NCBI GenBank assembly: GCA_964655655.1
Contig: CAZZPR010000002.1
Coordinates: 3,927-67,926, forward strand
Reading direction: 5' to 3'
Source: an uncultured Desulfobacteraceae bacterium
GTDB lineage: Bacteria; Desulfobacterota; DSM-4660; Desulfatiglandales; B25-G16
Length of the DNA stretch: 64,000 nucleotides
In this document: piece after piece, positions 10,221-20,801 of the stretch
How the letters are laid out: each line of letters starts with the position of its first letter
Numbering within the stretch: the first letter of the stretch is position 1
Notes under the pieces: generated by a model
Database searches by the model: none
What the model was told of the DNA's origin: nothing
The model's input: the letters and a program-made list of their open reading frames with translations, nothing else
Position numbers and translations under genes: made by a program

Positions 10221-12155
10221 ATGGGTAAAATGATCGGAATCGATTTAGGCACAACAAATTCATGCGTGGCTGTTATGGAGGGAGGTGATGCCAAGGTAAT
10301 CACCAATATGGAAGGCAGCAGAACCACGCCCTCTGTGGTCGCGTTTACTGATAAGGACGAACGGATTGTCGGCCAGGCCGCAAAAAGACAGGCTATAACC
10401 AACCCTGAAAATACTATTCATAGTGTTAAGAGGTTGATTGGCCGCAAGTTCGATTCGGACGAGGCCCAAAAGGATTTAAAAACCGTTTCCTACAAGATAA
10501 CAAAGGCAAAAAACGGTGATGCCCAAGTGAATGTGCGTGGGAAGGATTACAGCTCGGCGGAAATATCGTCCATGGTGCTGCAGAAAATGAAACAGACCGC
10601 GGAGGAATACCTGGGCGACAAGGTAACGGATGCGGCAATAACGGTCCCCGCATATTTTAATGACAGCCAGAGACAGGCCACAAAGGATGCAGGAAAAATC
10701 GCAGGGTTGAATGTTCAGAGGATAATCAACGAACCAACGGCTGCCTCCCTTGCATATGGGCTGGACAAAAAAGGAGATCAGAAGATAGCGGTATTTGACC
10801 TGGGGGGTGGAACCTTTGACATCTCTATATTGGAGATAGGCGAGGGCGTCTTTGAGGTAAAGGCCACCCATGGGGATACCCATTTAGGCGGAGAGGACTT
10901 TGACCAGAGGATAATAGGCTACCTGGCCGATGAATTCCGAAAGGATCAAGGGATCGATCTCAGAAACGATAAAATGGCGTTGCAGCGTTTGAAGGAGGCC
11001 GCTGAAAAGGCTAAGATGGAGCTTTCCGGCTCAATGGAGACGGATGTAAACCTGCCTTTTGTTACTGCTGATGCAAGCGGGCCCAAACATCTGAATATTA
11101 AATTAACCAGGGCAAAATTGGAAAACCTTGTGGATGATTTAATTGAAAAAACCGCCGAGCCATGCAGGATTGCCCTTCGAGATGCCGGTATTAAGCCGGC
11201 GGACATAGAAGCGGTAATTCTGGTAGGTGGAATGACCAGGATGCCCAAGGTGCAGGAAAAGGTAAAGGAGATATTCGGCAAAGAGCCCCATAAGGGTGTT
11301 AATCCGGACGAGGTGGTTGCAATAGGGGCTGCCATACAGGCCGGTGTATTGCAGGGAGATGTAAAGGATGTGCTCTTGCTGGATGTTACCCCGCTTTCCC
11401 TGGGGATAGAGACGCTTGGAGGTGTTTTTACCAAGCTCATAGAAAAGAATACCACCATACCCACGAAAAAAAGCCAGATATTTTCAACCGCGGCGGATAA
11501 TCAGCCTGCGGTTTCCATTCATGTACTGCAGGGTGAAAGGGAAATGGCAGCGGACAATAAGACCCTGGGCAGATTTGAACTGGTGGGAATTCCTCCTGCA
11601 CCCAGGGGTGTTCCCCAGATAGAGGTGACCTTTGACATAGATGCAAACGGGATTGTCCATGTATCCGCCAAGGACCTCGGCACAGGAAAAGAGCAATCCA
11701 TCAAGATAACGGCCTCCAGCGGACTCACGGAGGATGAAATCGATAAATTGAAAAAAGACGCAGACCTGCATGCAGAGGAAGACAAGAAAAAGAGGGATCT
11801 TGTGGATTCGCGAAATGCAGCCGATTCTCAAATTTATGCAACGGAAAAATCACTCAAAGAGGCCGGGGATAAGGTGGACTCCAGCACCAAGCAGGAGATA
11901 GAAAGCGCTATAAGCAACCTTAGAAAGGCCATGGAAGGGGACGATGCAGCAGAGATAAAGCGGTTATCGGATGAATTGAACCAGGCCTCCCACAAGATAG
12001 CAGAGGTACTCTATCAGCAAGCAGCCCAGTCACAAGCGCAATCAGACCAGGGTCAGGGTACGGCAGGAACGGGGGGTGAATCCGGATCGGAAAAAAAGGA
12101 GGAAGAGGAGGTAGTTGACGCGGACTACGAGGAAGTAAAGGATGAAAATAAATAA
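10221..12155 (+). CDS. dnaK: Chaperone DnaK
   Basis: [26 protein letters not shown]-terminal DADYEEV. Confidence 0.99.
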   Translation: MGKMIGIDLGTTNSCVAVMEGGDAKVITNMEGSRTTPSVVAFTDKDERIVGQAAKRQAITNPENTIHSVKRLIGRKFDSDEAQKDLKTVSYKITKAKNGDAQVNVRGKDYSSAEISSMVLQKMKQTAEEYLGDKVTDAAITVPAYFNDSQRQATKDAGKIAGLNVQRIINEPTAASLAYGLDKKGDQKIAVFDLGGGTFDISILEIGEGVFEVKATHGDTHLGGEDFDQRIIGYLADEFRKDQGIDLRNDKMALQRLKEAAEKAKMELSGSMETDVNLPFVTADASGPKHLNIKLTRAKLENLVDDLIEKTAEPCRIALRDAGIKPADIEAVILVGGMTRMPKVQEKVKEIFGKEPHKGVNPDEVVAIGAAIQAGVLQGDVKDVLLLDVTPLSLGIETLGGVFTKLIEKNTTIPTKKSQIFSTAADNQPAVSIHVLQGEREMAADNKTLGRFELVGIPPAPRGVPQIEVTFDIDANGIVHVSAKDLGTGKEQSIKITASSGLTEDEIDKLKKDADLHAEEDKKKRDLVDSRNAADSQIYATEKSLKEAGDKVDSSTKQEIESAISNLRKAMEGDDAAEIKRLSDELNQASHKIAEVLYQQAAQSQAQSDQGQGTAGTGGESGSEKKEEEEVVDADYEEVKDENK

Positions 12156-14112
12156 AATATCCTATATCTACAGGGCCATTACTATATCTTTAGCAGTGAT
12201 GACCCTTTTTCTTTTTTCATGCGAGAGAAGGATACCATTAAAAAAGCCCCCGCCCATAAAAAAACCCGTTGAAAAAGAGGCTGAGGAGAGAGAGGTTGAA
12301 GATCACTTTTCCCGGGCGGAGAAATACTGGGCAAAAGGGCAATTCGATAAGGCCCTGGCGTCTTACGAAAGTTATCTCAAAAAATTCCCGGCCGGAGACA
12401 GGGCCAACGATGCATTGGCCAAAAAGGCGGAAATATTTTACAAAAAAGGTAAATATGAAGATGCCCTGCCCATCTTTTTACAGATTGTGAACGAATACCC
12501 CCTTAATGAAAAAAGGGCCGATATCCACTTGTTTATCACCAAGACCTATTTTCGTCTCAATGATTACTCCGAATCAAGGCTTTCCGCGTTGAGATGGCTG
12601 GAACTTTATAAAAATTACCCTGGAAAAGAGCCGGATATATATTCCGTTTTGGGCCATAGCTTAAAGGAACTGAATAATTATCCAAGGGCGTTTTTCTGGC
12701 TGGTTAAGGCGTTGGACCCCCCTTATACAGGAATGGAAGAAAGGAAGGGGATAGAAGAAGAAATATCCGGTCTTATATCCGAGGTGAAAGAGGAAGAGGA
12801 CCTAAAAAAGATGTTAGAATATGCAAGGGGTAGCAGATTCATTAAGCCCGTCTATTACAGGCTGGCCCTCTTTTTGGTTTCCTCGGGCCGGTTAGAGGAG
12901 GCCCGTGACGCAGCACTGAAAATAGTGAGCTTATCCCCTGAGGGTGAATGGGCACTTAAGGCCAAAGAACTGATTCGGGGGATACAAAGGAGATTAGAGG
13001 TAAGCCCATCGGTTATTGGTTGCCTTTTGCCTTTGACCGGGCCTTTTAAAATATATGGCGAGGGGGTGCTGAAAGGCATTGAGCTTGGTATGGGACTATT
13101 TCAGCAGGATCCAGGACAATCCCCTCTTTTAGAACTTGAAATAAGAGATACTCGGGGAGATCCCGAGACCGCAATAAAGGCCGTTACAGAACTTGCAAAG
13201 GAGGAAAAGGCCATAGCCCTTGTAGGCCCACTTATCAGCAAGGTATCGGAGGAGGCCACGGAAAGGGCCCAGGAGCTTGGGCTTCCAATCATAACTTTGA
13301 GTCAAAGCGAACACATAACCGGTAAAGGGAAAATGGTTTTCCAAAACTGTCTTACCCCGGAAGATCAGCTTAGAAGCCTGATAAAAAAGGTGATGGGGGA
13401 GATGGGGATGACCCGGTTCGCTATCCTGTACCCCGAAAACGCCTATGGAAAATTCTTTATGGAAAAATTTTGGGACAAGGTTGAAGCCAGGGGAGGCGAA
13501 ATAACAGCGGTGGAATCCTATAATCCTGAGGCAACGGATTTTGCCGAGGAGATAAAAAAGATAGCCGGTCTTTATTCCCTTGAAAAACAGTCCGGGGGTG
13601 GAGATAACCAAAAAGAAGAATCCGGGGAGGATTTGAAACCTATCATCGATTTTGATGCCATATTTATACCCGACGGATATAAAAGGGCCTCGCTCATAGC
13701 ATCCCAGCTGGCATTTTACGATGTAGTGGGGATACACCTTCTGGGGACAAATCTTTGGAATTCCCCCAAATTAATAGAGATAGCCGGAGATCATGTGGAA
13801 GGGGCGATCTTTCCTTCGGGTTTTTTCCCCGGAAGCGGATATAGAGATGTGGATTACTTCGTTGATCAATACAGGGCCAATTTCGGACATGATCCCGGGC
13901 TACTCGCAGCCATAGGATATGATACAATAAAAATAATAAGAAGGCAATTGGCCCCCGTTATACGCACCAGGGATGATTTTCAATCCGCATTGTCAAAGAT
14001 GGATGAGTTCCATGGGGTAACAGGACCCCTGTATTTTGATACCAGCAGACAGATAAAAAGAGAACCTCTTCTTTTAACGGTCAGGGGAGGGCACTTTCTC
14101 CCGGTCCCCTGA
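12142..14112 (+). CDS. Lipoprotein with TPR repeats and periplasmic-binding-fold domain (LpoA/LppC-like PBP activator)
   Basis: Lipobox LFSC, TPR helices, [33 protein letters not shown]. Confidence 0.8.
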   Translation: MKINKISYIYRAITISLAVMTLFLFSCERRIPLKKPPPIKKPVEKEAEEREVEDHFSRAEKYWAKGQFDKALASYESYLKKFPAGDRANDALAKKAEIFYKKGKYEDALPIFLQIVNEYPLNEKRADIHLFITKTYFRLNDYSESRLSALRWLELYKNYPGKEPDIYSVLGHSLKELNNYPRAFFWLVKALDPPYTGMEERKGIEEEISGLISEVKEEEDLKKMLEYARGSRFIKPVYYRLALFLVSSGRLEEARDAALKIVSLSPEGEWALKAKELIRGIQRRLEVSPSVIGCLLPLTGPFKIYGEGVLKGIELGMGLFQQDPGQSPLLELEIRDTRGDPETAIKAVTELAKEEKAIALVGPLISKVSEEATERAQELGLPIITLSQSEHITGKGKMVFQNCLTPEDQLRSLIKKVMGEMGMTRFAILYPENAYGKFFMEKFWDKVEARGGEITAVESYNPEATDFAEEIKKIAGLYSLEKQSGGGDNQKEESGEDLKPIIDFDAIFIPDGYKRASLIASQLAFYDVVGIHLLGTNLWNSPKLIEIAGDHVEGAIFPSGFFPGSGYRDVDYFVDQYRANFGHDPGLLAAIGYDTIKIIRRQLAPVIRTRDDFQSALSKMDEFHGVTGPLYFDTSRQIKREPLLLTVRGGHFLPVP

Positions 14113-14139
14113 AAATGATCCGGGATATAATTTCGATTT

Positions 14140-14379
14140 GAGACCTTTGTACCAAAAAGTAGGGCCTGCTTTCCTGCTTATCACTTTCCAGGTTCCAGGT
14201 TCACAGTTCAAGGTTAAAAAACATATTATCCCTTCCGACGAACTTAACTCGAAGTATTAATAAAGTTCGTTTTTCATAGGATGCCGCTTGCGGCATAAAA
14301 TAGCTTTTTAACAAATACCCAGGTTCCCTCCCCCCGGGGAGAGTGCAAAGAAAAAAAGGGGGAGTTGCGCAAAAGTCTC
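14140..14379. repeat. Possible decayed MITE containing four tandem heptamers
   Basis: Imperfect inverted ends GAGACCTTTGTAC / GCGCAAAAGTCTC; TTCCAGG TTCCAGG TTCACAG TTCAAGG at 14186-14213. Confidence 0.35.
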
Positions 14380-14384
14380 TGCCT

Positions 14385-16124
14385 CTATCCCCCTTTACAG
14401 GCCATTTCTATGTCTTTTATATATGCATCAATTCCCTTTACTATGCCGGTTGCCACTCTGTCTAAATAACCGGCACTTTTGAGCCTTCGGTTTTCAACCG
14501 AATTCGTAATGAACCCTATTTCCACCAGTATAGCGGGCATCTCCGCGCCTATCAGCACATAAAAGGGGGCCTGTCTTACCCCCCTGTTCTTTAATTTGTA
14601 TCTTTTTTGCAATTCATCCAACATTCCCTTTTGTACGAATTCAGCCAGCCTGCTCGATTCGTTGATCTTTGTGTTGAGCATCAGGCTGTTCAGAATCAAC
14701 TGAAGGTCGCTTATGTTCTTACGGGATGTCGCATTTTCTCTGGCGGCCACGTTCATGCTCTCCTCGTCCAGGGCTATATTCAGAAAGTATGTCTCTATTC
14801 CCTGTACCGAGTGATTTCTGTGGGCATTTGCATGGAGGGATATAAATAGATCGGCCTTTTTCATGTTGGCTATGGCCGTCCTTTTTTCAAGGGGCAGGAA
14901 TACATCCTTTTCCCTGGTAAGTATGGTCTGGCAGTTCAGTTTATTTCTGAGCTTTTCTGAAACTATTTTTGCCAACCTAAGAACAACATCTTTTTCTCTG
15001 AGCCCGTTTTTTCCTGCGGCCCCGCCATCCCTGCCCCCGTGGCCCGCATCTATAATTACACGCCTTACTCCCAGGCCTAACTGCCTGGCCAAGGAGACTT
15101 CTTGTTTCTTGGGGATATTTTTATTAGCCTCTTTTCTTTCAACCGGTTTTTTGGCCGCTACCACCTCCACCGGCTTTTGCCTTTTATTTTTTCCCTGCAC
15201 GTCTACTACAATCCTGAATGGGTCATGAAGGTGAAAAATTTTATAGTCCTTCATATCCTCTATATCCAAAACCACCCTTACGGTTTCCCTGTCATATTGA
15301 CCGGCCCTCGCCCTTCTGAGTAAACCATCTTTTATCGCTATTGGGCTTTCAATATTTTTGCTTATGCAGGCATCTCTTAGGTCGATAAAAAGCCGCCTCG
15401 GTTTTTCATGTTCAGGATCTTTTTTTAATAGGTGTTCCTGGTACTCCGCCTGTTTTTCCAGGTCGATCACCACCCTTGTATAAGTAGGAGTGGACCAGTG
15501 ACGGACATCGTTTACCATGGTCAACCGTTTCAATTCTTCTTGCTTCTCTTTAGACGCTGTTTTTGGTGGAGTTTTTTTTCCCAGCACTACTTCGAGTTTA
15601 TCCATCATGCCACAGGCCTCTTTCTTTGCATCTCCGTCGGGAAATTTTATTTCTACCTTGAGAAATTCAAGATAGGCCTGGGCAGGCTGCTTTTTATACT
15701 TGTAGAATATTTCACCTAATTGGTATTGGGCATCATCTGCCAGATGGTGGGAGCTATACCGGCTTACGAGTTCCCTGTATAACGATATGGCATTTTCTAT
15801 ATCTGACCCCCTTCCGGAATAACCATACAGGCCTGCCCACAAGTGTCCTGCACTGTACATAGCATACACCGCTTCACTGGATTCGGGAAAGTCATGGTAA
15901 ACACTTTCATATTTATCCAGACACCTTTCCCAGTTGTGCCTGTATTTCTTTTTGGAACTGGATTTGTACAGTTTTTCCTTGCAAACTTTTGCGTCTTCTA
16001 AAAGCGCTTTGGCAGACTTTTGGGAGGCAAGGGCAATTGAGGAACAAAAGAAAACAAGAATCAAGGATAGATTAAATACTCGGAAGGATAACTGGTATCT
16101 TTTAAATAGTTTTCTAAAAATCAT
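14385..16124 (-). CDS. amiC: N-acetylmuramoyl-L-alanine amidase (TPR + AMIN + Amidase_3)
   Basis: IDAGHGG, EKDVVL, FISLHANA, ILVEIGF; signal peptide; VRVVLD AMIN-like segments. Confidence 0.9.
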   Translation of the reverse strand: MIFRKLFKRYQLSFRVFNLSLILVFFCSSIALASQKSAKALLEDAKVCKEKLYKSSSKKKYRHNWERCLDKYESVYHDFPESSEAVYAMYSAGHLWAGLYGYSGRGSDIENAISLYRELVSRYSSHHLADDAQYQLGEIFYKYKKQPAQAYLEFLKVEIKFPDGDAKKEACGMMDKLEVVLGKKTPPKTASKEKQEELKRLTMVNDVRHWSTPTYTRVVIDLEKQAEYQEHLLKKDPEHEKPRRLFIDLRDACISKNIESPIAIKDGLLRRARAGQYDRETVRVVLDIEDMKDYKIFHLHDPFRIVVDVQGKNKRQKPVEVVAAKKPVERKEANKNIPKKQEVSLARQLGLGVRRVIIDAGHGGRDGGAAGKNGLREKDVVLRLAKIVSEKLRNKLNCQTILTREKDVFLPLEKRTAIANMKKADLFISLHANAHRNHSVQGIETYFLNIALDEESMNVAARENATSRKNISDLQLILNSLMLNTKINESSRLAEFVQKGMLDELQKRYKLKNRGVRQAPFYVLIGAEMPAILVEIGFITNSVENRRLKSAGYLDRVATGIVKGIDAYIKDIEMACKGG

Positions 16125-16177
16125 TTATCACCTTGAACCCAAAGTACGGGTTTAGTCTCACTAAGGGATAAAAGTGT

Positions 16178-17395
16178 CTAAGACGGCAATTTGTCATCCG
16201 GATATATCTCTATAATATTTATCGAATCCCACCTAAGGCATTGGGGGCACTTCCAGACAAGCTTTCGGGGTTTAAAACCGCAATTGCTGCATTGAAAATT
16301 CAAAAAAGGAAAATCCAGTCTCGAAAGCAACTGGTTGTAGGCTGCAAGTGCCTCTTCTTTTCTGTTATTCTCCAAAAGAATTTCCCCCATTAATTTCCTG
16401 GCCCCCAGAAAAGTGGGTGAGATGACGATAGCTTGCTCAAGCTGTTGTAATGCGGAATCAACATCTCCCTTATTGTAAAAACATCTGGCCAGGGCCAGGT
16501 GGGCGAAACCATCAGAATCCTTTCCGGAGGCCTGCCTCAAAAAATCTTCTACGGGCTTTAAATTCTTTATCTTGGGGTAAGCCTTATCCAATCTCTGATA
16601 GGCAAGAAAAACGAATTTGGGAGAAATAGCCGCTACTTTGCTCCACATGGAAAAGGCCCTTCTGTGATCGCTATGATCGAAATACAAATCCCCCAGATGA
16701 AGATAGGCATCAACGCAGCCCGAGGAAATAGAGATTGCCTTTTTATAGGCTCTTTCCGCGGATAAAAAATCTCCGTTTACTTCGTGAACCTTGCCCATCT
16801 CAGTTTGTTGATGAGCCAAAATATGCCGGTGTTCGCCCTTGACCAGCCTTGAGATGGATTGCCTGGTCTTAAATGCATTAGCCCAGTCCCCGAGGTCTTC
16901 ATAGATTCTCTCCATCTGCTCCAGGGCACCAATGTTTTTGGGGTCTGCACCAGAGACCTCCTGAAAGGCTGAAAGCGCACGGCTTAAGAATCCCCCTTTT
17001 TTGTAATCCAAACCCAAATCAAATATGGCCCTTAATCTTATTTCATTATCCAGATTAGGCCTTAGAATTATTCCCTGCCTGATCCTTATCGCCCTTTCTA
17101 TGTCCCCCCTGGATCTGTAGAGGTTTCCCAGGGCGATATAGGTCTCTACTGTATCGGAATTGATTTGCACGGATTTTGTAAACTGTTCAATAGCCTGATC
17201 CGGCTCATTGGAAAGTATATGATGGATACCCTTGAAAAAGGCCCTGTCGCCCTTGTCCAATTTGTCCTTGAGGCCCTTGGCGTGCTTGGTCCTGAACAGT
17301 GTGGCTGTCAAAACACCCCCTGTAAAAGCGATGGCCAGCCATATAAAAAACTCTAAGGTATGAAGATTAAGCCAGTATCCTATATCTGTCCACAT
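16178..17395 (-). CDS. lapB: LPS assembly protein B (TPR + rubredoxin)
   Basis: N-terminal TM, ALGNLYRSRGDIERAIRIRQ, CSNCG...WKCPQC. Confidence 0.9.
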   Translation of the reverse strand: MWTDIGYWLNLHTLEFFIWLAIAFTGGVLTATLFRTKHAKGLKDKLDKGDRAFFKGIHHILSNEPDQAIEQFTKSVQINSDTVETYIALGNLYRSRGDIERAIRIRQGIILRPNLDNEIRLRAIFDLGLDYKKGGFLSRALSAFQEVSGADPKNIGALEQMERIYEDLGDWANAFKTRQSISRLVKGEHRHILAHQQTEMGKVHEVNGDFLSAERAYKKAISISSGCVDAYLHLGDLYFDHSDHRRAFSMWSKVAAISPKFVFLAYQRLDKAYPKIKNLKPVEDFLRQASGKDSDGFAHLALARCFYNKGDVDSALQQLEQAIVISPTFLGARKLMGEILLENNRKEEALAAYNQLLSRLDFPFLNFQCSNCGFKPRKLVWKCPQCLRWDSINIIEIYPDDKLPS

Positions 17396-17424
17396 ATAAA
17401 AGTAAAAGGGCCTCCATTAGGTAA

Positions 17425-17784
17425 TCAGACATCATTTCGCCCCTCGTCATTCTGTGTACCATTCCCCACCTCTTTTTCCACAATAGGCAAATTCCTCAGG
17501 GAATTCAACTCCTTCTCCATCTCCCTGCTTTCCTTGGCAAGTTTCTTGGTTTTCTTTTTCAGCTTAAACCGTTCTAACATGCCAAAAAGGCTCGCAATAA
17601 GAATGCCCAGCAGAAACACAATTATCATAACAAAATAGAAAGACATCTGAGGCGATTCGTAAGACCAGAACATTAGATTAATCTTAAAGGTCAATGTCTT
17701 GGATAACTCCCCCAGATTTTCCACCACGAGGATCACCACTAGCAGCATTACTAAAATGCTTATTATAGCCCTTATATGTTTCAT
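17425..17784 (-). CDS. lapA: LPS assembly protein A family
   Basis: Two TM helices plus coiled coil ending ELNSLRNLP; upstream of lapB. Confidence 0.85.
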   Translation of the reverse strand: MKHIRAIISILVMLLVVILVVENLGELSKTLTFKINLMFWSYESPQMSFYFVMIIVFLLGILIASLFGMLERFKLKKKTKKLAKESREMEKELNSLRNLPIVEKEVGNGTQNDEGRNDV

Positions 17785-17820
17785 AATCCCTCCCAGTAAT
17801 AATAGCTGATTTGTCGAAAT

Positions 17821-18318
17821 CTATTCTGATTGCAGTTCCCTGAAAAGCGGTAATAATCTTTCATAGGTGGCCTCCAGGTGTTCGGGTATCACCCTGGTCT
17901 CGCCCAGTACGGTCATGAAATTGTTATCCCCGCTCCACCTGGGCACCACGTGAAAATGAATATGATCCTCTACCCCTGCCCCTGCTACATTTCCCAGGTT
18001 TAAACCTATGTTAAATCCCTGTGGATTCATGACCTTTTCTAAAATGTTGATACATTTATCTACCAGGTTCACGAGGTCGAGTTTTTCCTCTGCCGGCAGG
18101 GAATGGAGGTCGGAAACATGGCGTACTGGTGCTACAAGGAGATGACCGTTGATGTATGGATACCTGTTCATGAGTGCAAGGCTGCAAGCTCCAACATGCA
18201 ATATAAGTCTTTCCCTGTCCCTGCTTCTGTCCTTCCCCGGGCAAAATATACATCCCTCATCTTTGGAGGCTGATTCAATGTACTCCATTCTCCAAGGCGC
18301 CCAAAGAACCTTCATCAT
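17821..18318 (-). CDS. HIT family hydrolase (Ap4A phosphorylase-like)
   Basis: LWAPWRMEYI, CIFC, NRYPY, HIHFHVVPRW. Confidence 0.93.
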   Translation of the reverse strand: MMKVLWAPWRMEYIESASKDEGCIFCPGKDRSRDRERLILHVGACSLALMNRYPYINGHLLVAPVRHVSDLHSLPAEEKLDLVNLVDKCINILEKVMNPQGFNIGLNLGNVAGAGVEDHIHFHVVPRWSGDNNFMTVLGETRVIPEHLEATYERLLPLFRELQSE

Positions 18319-18324
18319 TACTCC

Positions 18325-18804
18325 CTAAACCGGAAATATGCTTCCTTCTATTTTATCATTTATCTCCAGGATCCCGACGGTATTTTTGCCCGAAATCCTA
18401 AATCCGCAAGCAGTGCCTGGATTAAAAAAAATAATTCCGCCTCTGGTATGGTTTACTGGGGTATGAGTATGCCCATAGACGATGCAATCCACGTCATCAA
18501 ATTCCGGCCTTATCTTTTTTTCCATGCCGAAGGGTGCTCCCCATCCATGTATCAAGCCCAGGCGTATCCCTTCCAATTCTATTACCTGCTTGGAAGGGAG
18601 GTTTTTCTTGACCTCAGGATTGTCCATATTCCCCTGGACCGCATACAAGGTTTTTTGCCGGCTCAAAAAATCAGCTATGTCCATACTTGTCAAGTCTCCG
18701 GCATGAAATATCATATCCACGTCCGAAAAGTACTTCTTGCACATGTCTTTTAAATGATTATTTACCTGTTTCAGATGTGTATCAGATATAACCCCAACTT
18801 TCAT
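18325..18804 (-). CDS. YfcE/MJ0936-family metallophosphoesterase
   Basis: ISDTH, HAGD, GNMD, GHTH, NPG; start ATG 18804 with GAGGA RBS. Confidence 0.92.
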   Translation of the reverse strand: MKVGVISDTHLKQVNNHLKDMCKKYFSDVDMIFHAGDLTSMDIADFLSRQKTLYAVQGNMDNPEVKKNLPSKQVIELEGIRLGLIHGWGAPFGMEKKIRPEFDDVDCIVYGHTHTPVNHTRGGIIFFNPGTACGFRISGKNTVGILEINDKIEGSIFPV

Positions 18805-19001
18805 TCTACTGTCCTCTATGCATGAACTCCATGAGTATAGCAAAATATGATAAAAATACAAGATCAAATGGTTTTTGTATTAGAGCATGGATTGTACATT
18901 TCTTTGTATAGTTAATCTCTTTGTCCAAAAATTGTAATTTTAGCTTAATCGCCATATTTACAAGGTCTTATATGATCAAGGCTTGTTTTCTCAGAAAATA
19001 C

Positions 19002-19020
19002 TGTTACAATTTTGTTACAA
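19002..19020. promoter_or_regulatory. Putative enhancer (bEBP) site
   Basis: TGTTACAA direct repeat, also readable as TGT-N12-ACA, about 100 bp upstream of a sigma54 motif. Confidence 0.4.
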
Positions 19021-19116
19021 AGTAAAACCATCGGCACATTAAAACGAGTGGGCATTTATAAGATTATACATGTTATTTCGAGATGTTAGAGCATGCAATA
19101 GATAATATTTATATTA

Positions 19117-19132
19117 TGGCAAGTAAATTGCA
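19117..19132 (+). promoter_or_regulatory. Sigma54 (-24/-12) promoter
   Basis: TGGCAAGTAAATTGCA versus consensus TGGCACG-N4-TTGCW, correct spacing. Confidence 0.78.
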
Positions 19133-19142
19133 TATTTATTAA

Positions 19143-19210
19143 ATGAAATAAGAAAAGAAATATCTCTTTTCTCCTAACAAAAAACCAGCCTGAAACGGCT
19201 GGTTTTTTGT
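19143..19210 (+). ncRNA. Candidate small regulatory RNA (~68 nt)
   Basis: Lies between the sigma54 promoter and an intrinsic terminator; no real ORF; CU-rich CTCTTTTCTCCT element. Confidence 0.55.
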
Positions 19211-19211
19211 T
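19176..19211. terminator. Bidirectional intrinsic terminator
   Basis: AACAAAAAACCAGCC-TGAAAC-GGCTGGTTTTTTGTT, perfect 15-bp inverted repeat with T tracts on both strands. Confidence 0.9.
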
Positions 19212-20104
19212 TAGTAACCGAATTTTTTCAAGGCCCTGGTATTCTTGCTCCAATTTTTTTCCACCTTAACAAAGAGGTCAAGGTATACCCTGTGTGAAAA
19301 GAGCCCCTCTATTTCCACCCTCGAATCTTTACCTATCTTCTTAATGGTTTTCCCGTTTTTCCCTATAATTATTTTCTTTTGAGATTCTCTTTCCACGTAT
19401 ATAACACCCGTTACTACGAGCAGGTTCCTCCGCCTGTCTTCCTCCATCCTTTCAATCAAGACCGATGAGGAATAGGGCAATTCCTGCCTTGTCTCAAGAA
19501 ATATCTTTTCCCTGATGGTCTCGGCTACCAGGAATTCCTCGGATTTATCCGTCTTTATATCCGGCGGAAACAGCCGCGGTCCCTGAGGCAAATACCTTTT
19601 TATCTCCTTCTTTAAGATGTCAAGTCCGTCCCTGCGAAGAGCGGATACAGGTATCACTGCGGCAAAGGGGTAAAGACTGTCATATGCCTGAATTAGGGGC
19701 AACAGGTTCTGCTTTTTTATGAGGTCTATCTTGTTTAAGGCGAGCATTGTGGGCTTATCTGTTTTTTTCAACTGCCTTAAGATGATCCCTGTCTCATCAT
19801 TGCTATAAGGGGATTCAGGCCCTACCATAAGAAGGATAATATCTACCTCACTGATGGAAATCTTGGCGGATTCCACCATGCTTTTATGCAGCACGGACTT
19901 GGTAGGATGAATGCCAGGGGTATCCATAAACACCATCTGACAGTCCCCTTCATTATAAACCCCCAAAATCCTGTTTCTGGTGGTCTGGGGCCTTGGTGAG
20001 ATTATGGACAGTTTTTCCCCCAGAATCCGGTTTAACAATGTGGACTTCCCAACATTTGGAGGTCCGATAATGGCTATAAAGCCTGACTTGAATTCCTTTC
20101 CCAT
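19211..20104 (-). CDS. era: GTPase Era
   Basis: GPPNVGKST, PQTTR, DTPG, NKID, KH domain IIIGKNG; start 20104 or 20125. Confidence 0.97.
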   Translation of the reverse strand: MGKEFKSGFIAIIGPPNVGKSTLLNRILGEKLSIISPRPQTTRNRILGVYNEGDCQMVFMDTPGIHPTKSVLHKSMVESAKISISEVDIILLMVGPESPYSNDETGIILRQLKKTDKPTMLALNKIDLIKKQNLLPLIQAYDSLYPFAAVIPVSALRRDGLDILKKEIKRYLPQGPRLFPPDIKTDKSEEFLVAETIREKIFLETRQELPYSSSVLIERMEEDRRRNLLVVTGVIYVERESQKKIIIGKNGKTIKKIGKDSRVEIEGLFSHRVYLDLFVKVEKNWSKNTRALKKFGY

Positions 20105-20111
20105 CACATCC

Positions 20112-20795
20112 CTAATTTTTATCACTCGAAGATCTGGATGAGCTCGCGAGAAGATGCGCCATCCTAATGGGTTCCGGTATTCTGAAAGCGAGTGAAGTGT
20201 TCAGCACAAACCGTATACTTTCCATGAGGGTTATCCCATGGCCCGGGGATACAAAAACCGGTTTTACTCCTTCCTTTGTTCTGAGTGCGGCCCCGACCAC
20301 CTTTTCCTTGTGCCTTATATATTCATGGGCCCCCCTGTGTTCCTCCACGGGAAAAAATCCGCCCACTAGGGGATCCTTTGCACACCCAATGGTAGGCTTG
20401 TTTAGAATGACCCCAAGGTGTGAGGCGAGACCAATGCCCCTGGGGTGTGCTATTCCATGCCCGTCACAGAGTATCAAATCCGGATCACATTCTATCTTTT
20501 TAAGCACGGCAATAAGGGCCGGTATTTCCCTGAAGCCCAAAAATCCAGGAACATAGGGAAAGCCGGCTTCACCTTCAGAACACTTCTCCTCTATCCTTGC
20601 CAGTGATGGAAATTCAAGTACCACCGCCCCGGCCCATACCGCATTGCTTTTTCTGGAATAGGCCAAGTCCAGGCCTGCAATATACCCGACCCGGTTATAC
20701 ATAACGGTCAGGGAAACTTTATTTTTTAAATGCTCTTGTATGCGAACCGCTTGTTTGTAAGAAACATTCCAGGAATACAATTCTGGAATCTCCAT
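20112..20795 (-). CDS. nfi: Endonuclease V
   Basis: FPYVPGFLGFRE, DGHGIAHPR, TIGCAK, VSPGH, RIPEP. Confidence 0.96.
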   Translation of the reverse strand: MEIPELYSWNVSYKQAVRIQEHLKNKVSLTVMYNRVGYIAGLDLAYSRKSNAVWAGAVVLEFPSLARIEEKCSEGEAGFPYVPGFLGFREIPALIAVLKKIECDPDLILCDGHGIAHPRGIGLASHLGVILNKPTIGCAKDPLVGGFFPVEEHRGAHEYIRHKEKVVGAALRTKEGVKPVFVSPGHGITLMESIRFVLNTSLAFRIPEPIRMAHLLASSSRSSSDKN

Positions 20796-20801
20796 TACAG
20801 T

